Origin: Trichomonas gallinae
Lineage: Eukaryota
Length of the DNA stretch: 46,904 nt
Assembly (NCBI GenBank): GCA_008369845.1
Contig: MRSU01009144.1
Span: forward strand, 1 to 46,904
Reading direction: 5' to 3'
Position 1 is the first letter of the stretch. Each line of letters starts with the position of its first letter. Positions 1 to 11,662 of this stretch are shown one piece after another. The notes under the pieces are model-generated. The model did no database searches. It saw only the letters and a list, made by a program, of their open reading frames with translations, and had not been told where the DNA came from. The translations under genes were made by a program, and so were the position numbers.

Positions 1-349
1 TACCATTATTTTGTAAACTAAAATTGAGAGATGACCGTCAGATTCACTTATGACCCTCAAATTCATATACGGTATAATATTAGACTATTTATAAAATTGA
101 CTCATTGAAGATTGCAAAACTATCTCAAATCCAATAAAATAAGCATATATAGTAAAGCAAGTTAAATAATGTTAGTTTAATAATATGTTTAAACTAACAC
201 ACATTGACACGTCACCTATACATTATTACATTCTATCCATGATATTTCATGTCTATTGTGATAACAAAAAAAAAAAATCATTATTTAATTTTGAGCATTT
301 ACTTTATAACCTTGATTAATAACCGTGAGTTGAAGTACTAATGAAATAT

Positions 350-583
350 TTAAAGCTTTGTTCGCAGATATTGAACAATTTCTTCTGTTGAATTCTTCTC
401 TGCATATTCTAGAATTCCTTCGGTTGAATAATCATATAATCATGAGAATTAAGTGCGATTGTTGAATATTTTATAATAATGATGAATTTGATTCAGTTTG
501 ATATCAACACCACGTTTAATAAGAGAGTGAAGTATCTCAAGAGATTTTGATTCAACAGCATAATAAATCAGATATATAAACAT
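350..583 (-). pseudogene. Ankyrin-repeat gene relic
   Basis: Manual minus-strand translation from ATG 583 gives MFIYLIYYAVESKSLEILHSLIKRGVDIK, an ankyrin-like L..A.....LEI...LI..GVDI pattern, then a stop. A different frame continues LYDYSTEGILEYAEKNSTEEIVQYLRTKL* (stop 350-352), resembling a terminal ankyrin half-repeat. Confidence 0.55.
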
Positions 584-689
584 AATAACCTTAAACCATA
601 GGCGCCACCTACGGTCAACCAGTTTATATCCTTAAATGGGAAGAATACTATTCAAGATTTTTTCACGAAATGCTGAGATTGTAATATTT

Positions 690-1907
690 TTACATCTTAA
701 ATGCCAATCCAGAAATATTAAACTCTTGAATGAAAAGAAAATCGTAGCCAGTAGTACAAGGACCTGTTTGAATGAGCTTGAATTTGACAATCTTTTCTCT
801 TGTGTTAATAGGAAAGTTTCTTCCTTCGTTTTGCTTGAATGGATCATTTTCATGTTCATCTAAAACAACTGTTCGGTCATCGAGTGTGATTCCTTCCAGT
901 CTCCAGTTTTGCAGTAAGTCTAAATCATATTCCCTTCTCGATAAAACATGATATTGATTTGGAATAACATAAATATTCTCTAACTCGCATAAAATCCACG
1001 AGTTCGGTTCATCCTTAGTATAAAACTCTTTATCATTGTACTCACTAGATTGGATTGGACTCTCAATATTTATATAAACCAATTTCTCACTCAAGCTGGA
1101 TGACTTGAATGTACAATTATTATAATTTAATATATTATCCATTGGCTTAAGATTATAGTTTTGTAATAAACATTTTGAAAAACTCCAGACGAGATTAAAA
1201 CCATCGTTCGCTGATAAACTACCATAGAACTCATCAACATATTCGCAAAATTGCAATATTGCCGTCTCGCTGCACAAGTTTGGTATTATATATTTCAAGA
1301 GTTTGAAATATTCTATTTTTCTGCGCGATAAATCGATAATTAACAGTAAAAGATCATTTTCATGTCTAACTGTAAGGTTTTGATTAGATAATATTCTTTC
1401 TACAATATCATATTCGTTGTTAAACAAAAAATTAAATAATTTATCTCGATTGAATTGGGAGAGGTGATGAGCAATAAAATCTATTTCCTTGCTTCCATTG
1501 TTGACTAATCTGTTAATATTAAAATGCTCAAAAGCATTTTCAATCTTTAATTCTGAATCATTTAAAATCTTTGTGTATGGCTCCATTAATACAGTAATTC
1601 CTAATGTTTGTCCTACATTATACAAATCTAAACATATATTTTCGACCTTTGCGTATGATAAAATTCCTCTTGCAAAAAATTGCGAAAGAATTTGATATGT
1701 TTTAGTATCTGTTATATCACAGTTGAATTTAAATGATCTTGACGTAGCATCAGCTTGATAATTCGCATAAATTTTTGTTGAGATTAATAATCCTAAACTT
1801 ATCTGCATGGGAAATGAATGTCCATTGATGTCCACAGAGCATATATCATTACTTTGATATGAAGCCGCACGAACAATGTAATCATAGACAAGTTGTTCTT
1901 CATGCAT
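690..1907 (-). CDS. BTB/BACK-like helical protein with C-terminal galactose-binding-like (F5/8 type C-like) domain
   Basis: 438-aa ORF; the likelier start is MHEEQ (ATG 1907), just downstream of Inr-like TCATAA. The N-terminal region (VDINGHSFPM..LLISTKI; IVERILSNQNLTVRHENDLL) and C-terminal motifs (NSWILCEL, LQNWRLEG, KFKLIQTG) are typical of this architecture. Confidence 0.65.
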   Translation of the reverse strand: MHEEQLVYDYIVRAASYQSNDICSVDINGHSFPMQISLGLLISTKIYANYQADATSRSFKFNCDITDTKTYQILSQFFARGILSYAKVENICLDLYNVGQTLGITVLMEPYTKILNDSELKIENAFEHFNINRLVNNGSKEIDFIAHHLSQFNRDKLFNFLFNNEYDIVERILSNQNLTVRHENDLLLLIIDLSRRKIEYFKLLKYIIPNLCSETAILQFCEYVDEFYGSLSANDGFNLVWSFSKCLLQNYNLKPMDNILNYNNCTFKSSSLSEKLVYINIESPIQSSEYNDKEFYTKDEPNSWILCELENIYVIPNQYHVLSRREYDLDLLQNWRLEGITLDDRTVVLDEHENDPFKQNEGRNFPINTREKIVKFKLIQTGPCTTGYDFLFIQEFNISGLAFKM

Positions 1908-2703
1908 AATATTTATGACATGTAAACTTAGAAATTGACAAGTAAATTTAAATTCTAAAATTATCTTTATAAATTCCCAACAGATTTCGATAAAACGAAA
2001 TAACATAATTTAATGACATAAATGCTATTTATTAAGCCACATTATCCATAAAAATCTCTTAAAGATTTCGTGAAAGTTCAAAAATAAAATTTTGCATGTC
2101 AGATTCTTTCAATACTTTACTTATCGTTGTATGGAATGCACCTTATTTATCATCTTAGCGCCGAATCATTGATATCATTACTACTGATAGTTTTATTCTA
2201 ATACATTTTGATAGATATCAATAGATCAATGATACTGGACCATTTAAATTGTTTATTTATGAGTTCTTGTATTAGATTATTTGACAAATAAATTTGTCAA
2301 CGTCAAAAATGTACCGCAAGCTTATTCAAATTTTCTTGACTCTTTTAATAGAAGTTTCATTATTTTCATAGGTGTATACCATAGTAGACTCAATTATATA
2401 CTGAGATAATAAAGAATGAATTCGAATTATGCAGTAATGATTGAGAATTATCGAAAAGAGTAACAAATGAAATTTTTAACGATGAAAATTTCTTAAATTT
2501 CAAAATCGACAAATTTTTGAAGAAAATACAATATTATAATATTTTAATGATATATCATCAGATAAAGTGAAGTGAAAATCATGTAATGAGATTTTCTAAC
2601 ACAAAAGTGACAATTTTACCCTTTGGCAGAAATTTTTCTATCCCTTTATTAATAGATGTATTATATGTATGTTAAAAATCAACGATTAATTTTGTTTAAA
2701 TCC

Positions 2704-2710
2704 TCACTTT
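2704..2710 (+). promoter_or_regulatory. Initiator (Inr)-like element TCACTTT
   Basis: Matches the trichomonad Inr TCA(C/T)(T/A), 32 bp upstream of ATG 2743. Confidence 0.55.
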
Positions 2711-2742
2711 TGTAAATACAACACCTTTTATAAAAATTAAAA

Positions 2743-3438
2743 ATGTTTGCGGCAACACAACAGAACAATTATCTTTGCTACGGCAAGGTTGCTGTTGCTA
2801 ACCAGAAACTTAACTGGGATGATTTCTGGATCAGAGTTAATGGTTTCTGGATTGAAATCACCAAAAAAGTCGGTCAACCAGATTATTACTTGATTCCTTT
2901 AGACCTTGCTAAATGTGATGGCGCATTCAATGAAACAGGAATTCAAAATTCGATTTATCTTGAAACTACACCCCTTACAAATTCTTTCAAAGTTTACATC
3001 TCAACAACTAATAGATTAGATATCTTACAACTTTTCCAGGCAATTAAGACTGGACAGAAGATCATCGCAAATGCATTACAAAAGCGCCAAATCGAGAGAA
3101 TGGTTCGTCATGAAGTTGAAACAATTTCTGGCTTCTTAGGTCTCGTTAAGGAAAAACTAAGCTTCAACATGGGCCCCCAGGGACTGGACTTAAGCGGCGG
3201 AAAGTCTGCTCCTCAACATTATGATTGGGATAAAGTTGTCAGTGTTTACGCAAAGCAGAACGATCAGAACTGCCATACAAGACTGTATGTATCTGTTGAA
3301 GAAAATGATCAAACAACAACAAAAGAATATAATTGCCAGGAACATTCTAGTGTAATGAACTCCATTGCTTGCTTCCTGATGAACATCTCATTGAGAAAGC
3401 AGATGGAAGAAAAAGCTAAGGCTGAAGCCCAGAAATAA
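2743..3438 (+). CDS. Probable PH-fold protein (possibly two PH-like domains)
   Basis: 231-aa ORF with an Inr upstream. WDDFWIRVNGFWIEI strand pattern is followed by strands and a helix (RLDILQLFQAI); a second strand/helix unit occupies the C-terminal half. Confidence 0.55.
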   Translation: MFAATQQNNYLCYGKVAVANQKLNWDDFWIRVNGFWIEITKKVGQPDYYLIPLDLAKCDGAFNETGIQNSIYLETTPLTNSFKVYISTTNRLDILQLFQAIKTGQKIIANALQKRQIERMVRHEVETISGFLGLVKEKLSFNMGPQGLDLSGGKSAPQHYDWDKVVSVYAKQNDQNCHTRLYVSVEENDQTTTKEYNCQEHSSVMNSIACFLMNISLRKQMEEKAKAEAQK

Positions 3439-3755
3439 TTGTCTTTTGTCTCTACTATCTTAATTAAAGGATTTTATTTGATATACACAACGTATCCATT
3501 ACATACAATAGCTTAGTGCAAATAAAATATTAATATTTTATTTTTATTTAAAATTTCAAAATCAATCTTTTTGGAACATAAAAATAGACTCACTCCGTTT
3601 ATCCAAATAGTAGATATCTTTAAATTTTGGAATTTTTGATTTTGTTATGATTTTCCGTGTTTTATTATGCTTTAGAACATGTTTCAGCTACAGAAGATTT
3701 TGATGAATAAATTAATTGATTTTACTAAATAATTTTGTATCATTCTCATTGAAGT

Positions 3756-4874
3756 ATGGCTGATGATTCGGAACAAGAAAATAAATCTTTGATTCCGGCA
3801 TCAATGAAAATGAATTCAATGGAACCTACACAAGAATCAAGATTTATGCATATTTTCAGCTCATTTTGGGTAATTTTATTTTTGTATTTTATATTTTTGT
3901 TTCCTGATTATTCAATACACCGCACAATGAATCAAATACAGATTAAAAATAACAATAATACATTTTTAAAGTATTCATTCCGTACAAATAATTTCAATAT
4001 TCGAAATTTTTATTACAGAATCAATTTATGTACAAAATATGATAGAACATACAACATATCTACGATAGTTAATCAGTATAAAGATGATGAAATCATATTT
4101 CAGAGAGGATTCATCAAAACAAATTCCAATTATTCGCATAGAGTTGATTCATTATATTGTCACACTTTATATACGAATACAACACTCGAATCTACATCAA
4201 TTGACTCAACAATTATGATGAATGGCAAATTCAAAGAAATAAACGAAATTCAAATCGAAACTATTACTCTTACCACTCTATTTATTCATACAATCGATAT
4301 AATCAATCTAATTTTGATAATAACAACAGTTACACACGCATTTTATTTGATTTATCAAAATTTATCTTATTTCAAGCAAAATACATCATCACCATATGAT
4401 AGTACTCGAAGACAAGATATTTTATTATATATTTCACTCTTTATGTGTTTAATTTTTCAATTATATCTTCCAAACAAGATTTGTTATTCATTGTTTAACA
4501 TATTTCTACAAAGTTTCTTCGAAATTTTGTTTTTAACTCTTTTATTCATCAAGTTAGGCTTCAGAAGTAGATTTTTAATTTTATTGCCTTGTATTGAGGT
4601 CCTTCTGTTCATTGCTTCAACAGTAGCAATAATAGATTTGATTCCTATATATAATTCAGTCATATCGATTGCATTATGTATCATTTCTAGGTATTACGAA
4701 ATTAATTTGAATTTATTCGAAATGAATGTGATAATATCTGTTTTCACAGTCTCCAGAATTCTATTCCACGTAATCATTCCACTTTTAGTCGAAGATTCTT
4801 TTTTAGTTCCACTTCCTTATTTAAAATCAATTCTGAATTGGTTTTATTCATTTTTGTTACTACAAACAATGTAA
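3756..4874 (+). CDS. Multi-pass membrane protein (TM1, lumenal beta domain, several C-terminal TMs); TMEM181/Wntless-like topology
   Basis: 372-aa ORF with one hydrophobic segment near residues 33-50, a ~125-aa lumenal region with N-x-S/T sites, and ~6-7 hydrophobic segments. TCATT Inr-like sites lie upstream. The family call rests on topology only. Confidence 0.5.
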   Translation: MADDSEQENKSLIPASMKMNSMEPTQESRFMHIFSSFWVILFLYFIFLFPDYSIHRTMNQIQIKNNNNTFLKYSFRTNNFNIRNFYYRINLCTKYDRTYNISTIVNQYKDDEIIFQRGFIKTNSNYSHRVDSLYCHTLYTNTTLESTSIDSTIMMNGKFKEINEIQIETITLTTLFIHTIDIINLILIITTVTHAFYLIYQNLSYFKQNTSSPYDSTRRQDILLYISLFMCLIFQLYLPNKICYSLFNIFLQSFFEILFLTLLFIKLGFRSRFLILLPCIEVLLFIASTVAIIDLIPIYNSVISIALCIISRYYEINLNLFEMNVIISVFTVSRILFHVIIPLLVEDSFLVPLPYLKSILNWFYSFLLLQTM

Positions 4875-5307
4875 AGAACAGACCTAGTAATAACATATTT
4901 TTTTATTTAGAAATCTCTTTTGATTCAAGTTATTTAATAATTTCACAAAAATATGCAGTATATATCGTATTAAGAAAATCATTGTTAGATGCAATTGTAG
5001 TATATAATACCTAATATTTGAAACTATGCAGTAGTATAAAACAATTGATTCAAGTAATGAAAGATATTAAATTATATCACAAAACTATACATATCTTATC
5101 TAGTAAATAAACATAGTACTTATGATACTAATGAAATCAACATTAGAAGTAATTATCTTATGTGAATCGAAATTTCGATAATGATAATCGCCATGCTTAA
5201 GGAAGTGCTATTTAATGATATAAAATTCTAAATAATTATACTTATTTATTAATTTCCAATATTGAAATCCACAAATATACAAAAATTTAAAAAAGTCATA
5301 AAATTTC

Positions 5308-7584
5308 TTATTCACGAGTGAATAGAGGATTAACAGTGATAAGTCCAGTAGTTTCACTCAGAAGGAGAACGTGATCCATCTGTATCAATCTAAGGATAAT
5401 CTTCTTCGTGATATTCGCCATCATTTCATCTGTTTGCAAATACTTAAGAACATCCTTGTTTTCTAATGTATACCATGTCACAATGTCATCTAGTGTCTCT
5501 CCAGCCTTTCCTTCTTCAGCAACCTTGAGCAAATGCTCAATAACACCAGTAGCAATAGAATGATAAGTATCGAACTGAATAACATTATGATCTATCGTGT
5601 CTTCTTTCTCTTCTGGCTTAGGAACTGGTTGTTCGTCTTCATCTGCATCTAAAACAATTGGTTCTGAGCCGATCTTAGAGATAGAATATGTTAACAAGCG
5701 TGCAGCTTCTTTGACGTAAGCGGGCTTCACTTCATCTGCTAAGTTGAGCTTCGCGATAGCTTCTGCAAGTCTAATTAAGGCTTCCAACTGTCTAACTGTG
5801 ATTCTTGATGAAGCACCACCACCACCTACAGCATCCTGAGACCTCAGTGTAACGTAATGCTTAACGATAGAAGAAACTGATTCATCTGTCAAAATCGGTG
5901 TCAGTTTCTTAGCGTATGTAATATATCTCTTCAACTCGCTTTCATTGAAGATTGCTTTCTGTGTGACATCTTTGCCCATGTGGACATTGATGATCTGCCT
6001 AGCGATCTTCCTGTCGAGCTCCTCGTTGACATCGTCTGTGATAATAAAGAACAAATCGAACCTAGACATGATTGGTGCTGGTAGATTCAAGTTTGCTCTG
6101 AGAGATCTTGCAGTGTTGTATCTACCATTCACAGGATTTGCAGCTGCCAAAATTGACGCGCGTGCATTGAGAGTTGCGTGGATGCCTGCTTTAGCGATGG
6201 AAATTGTCTGCTGTTCCATAGCTTCGTGGATTGCTGTCTGGTCTGTCGCATTCATCTTGTCGAACTCATCTATGCAGCAGACACCGTTGTCAGCGAGCAT
6301 CAAAGCGCCTGCTTCTATCATGAAGTCGCCTGTTTCCGAGTCTTTGACGACTGTCGCTGTAAGACCTGCTGCTGATGAAGACTGGCCTGACGTGTAAACG
6401 CTCCTTGGTACTGTCCTAGAGATGAACTTAAGGAATTGAGATTTAGCTGTAGATGGGTCGCCGACAATGCAAACATTGATATCACCTCTGATTTTCATGC
6501 CTTGTGTCTGCTGCTGGACGCCTCCTAAAAGCATAAGCAAGATTCCACGCTTGACGTCATCGTGTCCGTAGATATCTGGAGCAATTGAGCGAGATAATTT
6601 ATCATAAATTGTATCTTGGCTTGAATTTGCTTCTCTCATCATGACAGATGGTTCTTGCAGCATAGCAGATGCTTCTCGGAGGATGTCGTCTTCGATATTC
6701 AAAGGTGTAACAGATGAACATAAGAAAGAAAGCCTGTATGTGAGTTCTCTAACGCCATAACCCTTAACACCAGTGACACCATCAGCTTGGAAGCCAGCTC
6801 CACGTGTTAAAACTGGTCTTTCACCAATTGCGCGTTTTGATGTCGTTGGAACAGCGACAGGGATACCAATAAACTGGCATCTGTCACCAGGCTTAGCTGT
6901 ATCAACAAGCTGGTGGCGCAAAATAACTTCCATTGTGCGTGGCATGCCAGAATCTGGATTTTCATCTGGATCTTCTTGGACAATGATGCGTTGGAAGTCA
7001 GTAAATTCGGATCTATCTGTAAGTAATTCGAATTTAGAGTGATTATTGCAAGATTTATTAGGGCAAACACTTGGTTCTGTATATTGGAAGTTTTGAGTAA
7101 CATTTGGAATATCTTGACCACAAACACGGCACCTGAATGTTCCCTTGAGAAGCTCCGGCTGAACATCAGAGATTCTTGTCACTGTTCCTTGGAACATAAG
7201 TAACGTACCGACTTGCGATGGTTTAATATCTCTTAGATAGTTTCTAACACCATAGTTGATGATGGAGATAGCGAAAGGACGTGTATTATAGTTCCTACCT
7301 TCACGAGCGTACATTTTATCTTGCGCAGAAACGAATTCAACGAGCGCATTTACTAATGAAGGATAGAATCTGTAATAGTTGGCGACAATGACACTCGCAA
7401 AGCCGGAATCGTACTCAAAAAGATGATTGTAGTTGATTCTTAACGTTGTATTTTCCGCTGCTTTCATTCTTTCGAATTCCTGATGATAGAACAGTTCGTC
7501 GCTGCCATCCTCTTTAAACGTATTGAGGAAATTAAGGAAGCGGGTCTTTACTTCGTTTTCTAGGTTCTGCGAAGCTTCTCCCAT
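5308..7584 (-). CDS. MCM6: DNA replication licensing factor MCM6
   Basis: Zn finger CRVC..CPNKSC, Walker A GDPSTAKS, AGALMLADNGVCCIDEFDKM, IHEAMEQQTISIAKAGI and arginine finger SRFD. RGDINVCIVGDPS and VGTLLMFQGTVTR are MCM6-type. The start is set at MGEASQ (ATG 7584), downstream of Inr GTCACTTT. Confidence 0.93.
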   Translation of the reverse strand: MGEASQNLENEVKTRFLNFLNTFKEDGSDELFYHQEFERMKAAENTTLRINYNHLFEYDSGFASVIVANYYRFYPSLVNALVEFVSAQDKMYAREGRNYNTRPFAISIINYGVRNYLRDIKPSQVGTLLMFQGTVTRISDVQPELLKGTFRCRVCGQDIPNVTQNFQYTEPSVCPNKSCNNHSKFELLTDRSEFTDFQRIIVQEDPDENPDSGMPRTMEVILRHQLVDTAKPGDRCQFIGIPVAVPTTSKRAIGERPVLTRGAGFQADGVTGVKGYGVRELTYRLSFLCSSVTPLNIEDDILREASAMLQEPSVMMREANSSQDTIYDKLSRSIAPDIYGHDDVKRGILLMLLGGVQQQTQGMKIRGDINVCIVGDPSTAKSQFLKFISRTVPRSVYTSGQSSSAAGLTATVVKDSETGDFMIEAGALMLADNGVCCIDEFDKMNATDQTAIHEAMEQQTISIAKAGIHATLNARASILAAANPVNGRYNTARSLRANLNLPAPIMSRFDLFFIITDDVNEELDRKIARQIINVHMGKDVTQKAIFNESELKRYITYAKKLTPILTDESVSSIVKHYVTLRSQDAVGGGGASSRITVRQLEALIRLAEAIAKLNLADEVKPAYVKEAARLLTYSISKIGSEPIVLDADEDEQPVPKPEEKEDTIDHNVIQFDTYHSIATGVIEHLLKVAEEGKAGETLDDIVTWYTLENKDVLKYLQTDEMMANITKKIILRLIQMDHVLLLSETTGLITVNPLFTRE

Positions 7585-7606
7585 TTTTGACGAACGTTTA
7601 CTATTA

Positions 7607-7614
7607 AAAGTGAC
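7607..7614 (-). promoter_or_regulatory. Inr-like GTCACTTT of MCM6
   Basis: Plus-strand AAAGTGAC reads GTCACTTT on the minus strand, 22 bp upstream of ATG 7584. The same octamer occurs near other gene starts (21162-21169, 22104-22111, 35868-35875, 42312-42319). Confidence 0.6.
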
Positions 7615-8140
7615 AAAATTCATATCCGATTTTATTTGATTTTTGGATTCTTCTCATCATAATGATTAATTTTTTATCGAAATCAAGACAAAATCAGTTC
7701 AAAATCTTGAAAATATTTTAATATTTTAGAATTTATATTGATATTATATAACTATTCACCATTATATATTTGTTTCATCAATAATTTTAGTTATTTTAGG
7801 ATTTAAAAATTTAATAATTAGATTTTAGATTTGGAGAGTATGATAATATTATGTTACAATGACTGAAAACATCATTTTCATATCTTATAATCATAGCAAA
7901 AGAAAATATAATTAAGATTCTGAAATCGATATTGTAACAACATATGATACTCTGCCTAATGATGTTTCTCTCGAAAATAAGGTTAGGAGTTGCAGTGCTT
8001 TTTATCTAAATTGAGAACTCATTCTTTGATAATTCTTTGTATATCATTGTTATGAGGTGTCCGCAGAAAACTAACAATTTGAGGAAAATTAACAAAATAT
8101 AGGAGACCAGAAGTGTCTGCAGAAATTTTTTTAATTAATC

Positions 8141-8255
8141 ATTTGACAATGATATATTTACATGACAAATAACTTTGTTTTTTGATTATATAATGTTTAC
8201 ATGACAGATTTATGTTTAATTTGTCTTTTGACAGTGTCTTGTTTACATGACAAAA
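8141..8255. repeat. Degenerate ~19-20 bp tandem array with TTTACATGACA core
   Basis: TTTACATGACA at 8157-8167, 8196-8206 and 8242-8252; TTTGACA at 8142 and 8227. Confidence 0.7.
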
Positions 8256-8491
8256 ATATAATTGTTTCATTTTTTGACTTGTTTTTTATTTATGATTTAA
8301 ATCTATTATAGAATTTAAGCTAAATTTTTAATTAAAAATATAAAAAATTACAAAAAATATTTTTGAATTTTGATTATTTTGAGTTGTTTTGTGGAAAAAT
8401 GGATATAATATTTTATAAAGAATCCAAATCAAACAACATTTTTGATTAAAATTTTGATGTCATGATTGAATAGTTTACGAAAAGTGGCCAA

Positions 8492-11299
8492 ATGGATTTA
8501 TCGCATTTCGAGTTTCTTATTATTGATTCGAGTGCGCAGAGTGAAACAAACATGCAATCTCAAGCAGAGCTCGAAACATTGAAAGGTGATATTGCTACAT
8601 TCATTAGATGCTGTTTGGAAGTAATTCATCGCCAAGATCAAACCGAGCAACTCATTAGAGCAGCTATTGTCTACCTAAACTCATGCCTCAACCCACGCTC
8701 AATCCAAGAATTGAACCAAAACCGTCTATACTTCAATGCTAATCAAGAAGATATCCAAATGGTCGCAAACACGGCAAAATTATTCCTCCATTACGAACAA
8801 AACGCGCAATTCCAGATACAAGGATCACAATTATTTGCTCTTTTGTTTGGTATTCAGCCAGAATTTTTACTACCAGAACTCGAATTGATTATTTCCGAAC
8901 TTGATAATGCATCATTCGAACTTTCCATGGCATACATTACACTCCTTGGTGATATTTTAAATCTTAAAAACATCGCTGAAATATTTGGCTTCAGCACAAC
9001 AACAGAAGCAGCTTCAATTATATTTAAGCTTGCAATGAAAATAGCTGAACTTGCATGCGCACAAATCGATGTTAACATAGAACTTAGAGAGAGAGCTATT
9101 TCAACTTTATCTCATGCTACAGATCTTTGCAAGAAATATCCATCCATATGCGATAGCTTGCATGAAGTATATGAGGTTCTCATACATCCTGATAATCTTC
9201 AATTCATTCTCCAAATTCAATCATATAATTTCAACCTAATTGTTCACGATCTTATGGCAAATATTATCAAAGGATTCTATTCTACAAGATTTGCTGAACA
9301 ATATACACGAAGTATTGTAATGATTGTCTTTGATAGATTAAAATATTTTACAGAAAACTGGAACCCTGATATTGTTATCGTCATTTTAACATTCTGGCGT
9401 GAAATCATTCAGTACGAATTCAGAAATGCTCTCAAGAGAATTCAAGATGGTGAAGAATGCTACGAAAGATTTAAAGGAGATGGTCAAACATCAATTTATG
9501 CTACATATGAAGATGATCTTATCCCAATTCTTATCCAAATGCTTATCCTTATTGATCCAAACGATACCGAAGTTGAAGATATTTCATTAAATCAGCCATC
9601 ATTCATCGCAACTATTATTTTAGCTGGTCTCAATCAGCTTTCACCACACAAGGCCACATCTCAGCTTATTGCAAAGTACAGTGAGCTTAGAGAGAAGGCA
9701 GATACAGAACAAGATTGGAGATATACACATGCCGCAATTTTATGTATTTACGCCATCTCCGCTTTGATCGAGAACCCAGATGACTTCAATATCGAGGCCT
9801 ACTGCGATACAGCGACAAGAAGAGAAAATGCGAAATTCATTTTGAACAACTTCCAATACGCAATTACTTGCGCGAAGACAGACAACCAGCGCATTAGAGA
9901 GACAAGCTTGTATGTCATCTCATACATCCTCACGAAGAACAAAGACCTCCTCAGAATGTTCGATGATTATGCATTAGTCATCAACGGAATTCTTTCATGC
10001 TTCTCTATGGCAGAAAACGGCGAATTAGATGAAAACACACACCCAATGATTATCTTCAGAGCTTTATCAGTTATTTCCGGCATCTGCAAATCATTTGCTC
10101 CTTCTACATATAAATCGCCACTATTCATTGGCGAAGGGGGAATGTTCGAGCCAATATTCCAGCGAATATTAAATATATTAAGCCTGCCACAGTGCCTCAG
10201 CGATACTAACATGGCGACAAGACTGATTTCTCTCGGCCACAACGCTATTTCATCGTTGATCCAGCAGTGTGTTCGCAATGAAGAATACTTCATCCAACTA
10301 ACAAGATTTTTGATGCAGATGATTGGCGAAGTCGCAAATTCTGAGCAAATTCCTGATCAAGCGAAGATTCAGAAATTCGCAGGCATCTGCGGAAACATTA
10401 CATCTGTCGTTACAAGGTTCTCTGATCACTCTAACGTAAGCATTATGGAAACATATTCAATGGTCATCGATGGTTTGTTCGATATGCTTAGCTGGAAGCA
10501 AGGCATCATTGCGGAAGAAGCTCTTTTGACAATGGCCGCCATTTTGATCAGAACTGAGACTGATTCGCAATTATTCCATACCACTGTTCCAAAAGTTATT
10601 AATTGCATCCACGACATGCTTGAATTAAGAGACTTCAACGCCATTAAGTCCGCAACTGTTTTGATAACACAGCTCTACAAGAAATGCGCTCCAATGCTTG
10701 ATGAATTCACATTAAACATGATTACGCATTTGTATGATCTTATATATGATTCAACAATCGTTGAATATGCAGTTCCTCCACTGATCAAAGCTTTATCAGA
10801 TGTCTTAATTTATATTGCAGCTTACTCGAATTCGGGTCAGGCTGAGTTGTATAGATCACTTCTGCAAAACAATGATTTCTGCGAGAAATTCAGACAAATG
10901 ATCATGAGCTACAGAGACAACCCTGTTCAACTCAATGATAAGACAGCTATTGAACATGCCACAAATGTTTATGAGGCAATTTGCACAGGATTCCAAGCCT
11001 ACGCTTGCGTTTGGTTCAGCAACGATGTCGCAGAAAAGTTGACTGAGAAATCTGCCCTCACTGAGCTTGCAAAGGTTTCTGCAATTATTACAAAACTCCA
11101 GCCTGTTGAAGGACATCTTGGAAAGCAGGTTTACTCAGCTGCGTTGGAAATGTTTGTCGCATTTGCCAGCAAAACTACACGTGTTAATAATGTCGTTCTT
11201 TGCAAGGGCGTCAACTTCAAACTCATCAAGAAGGCAATGATGTTTAACTCGCTGAAGGAAAGAGCAAAGCAAGTTAAGAAGATCCTTTATAATACATAA
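8492..11299 (+). CDS. Importin-beta/karyopherin-like HEAT-repeat protein (divergent)
   Basis: 935-aa all-helical ORF. It has an acidic loop DPNDTEVEDISLNQPSFIATIIL, DWRYTHAAILCIYAI, RIRETSLYVISYI and IAEEALLTMAAI, each positioned as in importin-beta-1 HEAT repeats. Confidence 0.7.
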   Translation: MDLSHFEFLIIDSSAQSETNMQSQAELETLKGDIATFIRCCLEVIHRQDQTEQLIRAAIVYLNSCLNPRSIQELNQNRLYFNANQEDIQMVANTAKLFLHYEQNAQFQIQGSQLFALLFGIQPEFLLPELELIISELDNASFELSMAYITLLGDILNLKNIAEIFGFSTTTEAASIIFKLAMKIAELACAQIDVNIELRERAISTLSHATDLCKKYPSICDSLHEVYEVLIHPDNLQFILQIQSYNFNLIVHDLMANIIKGFYSTRFAEQYTRSIVMIVFDRLKYFTENWNPDIVIVILTFWREIIQYEFRNALKRIQDGEECYERFKGDGQTSIYATYEDDLIPILIQMLILIDPNDTEVEDISLNQPSFIATIILAGLNQLSPHKATSQLIAKYSELREKADTEQDWRYTHAAILCIYAISALIENPDDFNIEAYCDTATRRENAKFILNNFQYAITCAKTDNQRIRETSLYVISYILTKNKDLLRMFDDYALVINGILSCFSMAENGELDENTHPMIIFRALSVISGICKSFAPSTYKSPLFIGEGGMFEPIFQRILNILSLPQCLSDTNMATRLISLGHNAISSLIQQCVRNEEYFIQLTRFLMQMIGEVANSEQIPDQAKIQKFAGICGNITSVVTRFSDHSNVSIMETYSMVIDGLFDMLSWKQGIIAEEALLTMAAILIRTETDSQLFHTTVPKVINCIHDMLELRDFNAIKSATVLITQLYKKCAPMLDEFTLNMITHLYDLIYDSTIVEYAVPPLIKALSDVLIYIAAYSNSGQAELYRSLLQNNDFCEKFRQMIMSYRDNPVQLNDKTAIEHATNVYEAICTGFQAYACVWFSNDVAEKLTEKSALTELAKVSAIITKLQPVEGHLGKQVYSAALEMFVAFASKTTRVNNVVLCKGVNFKLIKKAMMFNSLKERAKQVKKILYNT

Positions 11300-11662
11300 G
11301 CTGTTTCACAAATTATTATTTTTTTTTTATTAATATAAACTTTTTTTGAATGGATATGACTCAATAATTATATATTTTTGTAATAATATTTCATAATTTT
11401 AAAATCAAATTTTTGATGAATTATTTACAAAAATAAAAAATAAAAAAATTAGTTCAATATCAACTTTTCCTGCATCATTTGTACATATATCTTCGCAGAA
11501 CAATTGATTTTAGAATTTAATTTGAAATTGATTAAACTCTATTTTGTTTTTCTGCACTAAATATAATATTATATAACTTCTTTAGTTCGCTACGCATTGA
11601 TTTGAAACTCTAAATTTATCATTAAAAAAATTGTTAAATAAAGAAATAAAAAATACAATTTA

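Noticed and set aside
193..204. ACTAACACACAT, 11/12 match to the trichomonad intron branch/3' motif ACTAACACACAG
   Set aside because: It lacks the terminal AG, and I found no convincing 5' splice site or flanking exons.
596..620. GC-rich imperfect hairpin CCATAGG..CCTACGG
   Set aside because: It is short and mismatched, with no other support for an RNA gene.
1908..2006. Upstream extensions given by the ORF track (also 7585-7623, 19681-19722, 31365-31382)
   Set aside because: They span Inr/promoter motifs or use TTG starts, so downstream ATGs are preferred.
2595..2607. TCTAACACAAAAG resembling a short-intron 3' end
   Set aside because: It is an imperfect match in intergenic DNA that overlaps an AAAGTGAC promoter motif.
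5945..7166. Short ORFs antisense or out of frame within MCM6, and similar shadows in other long genes
   Set aside because: These are shadows of real CDS, mostly with non-ATG starts and no independent motifs.
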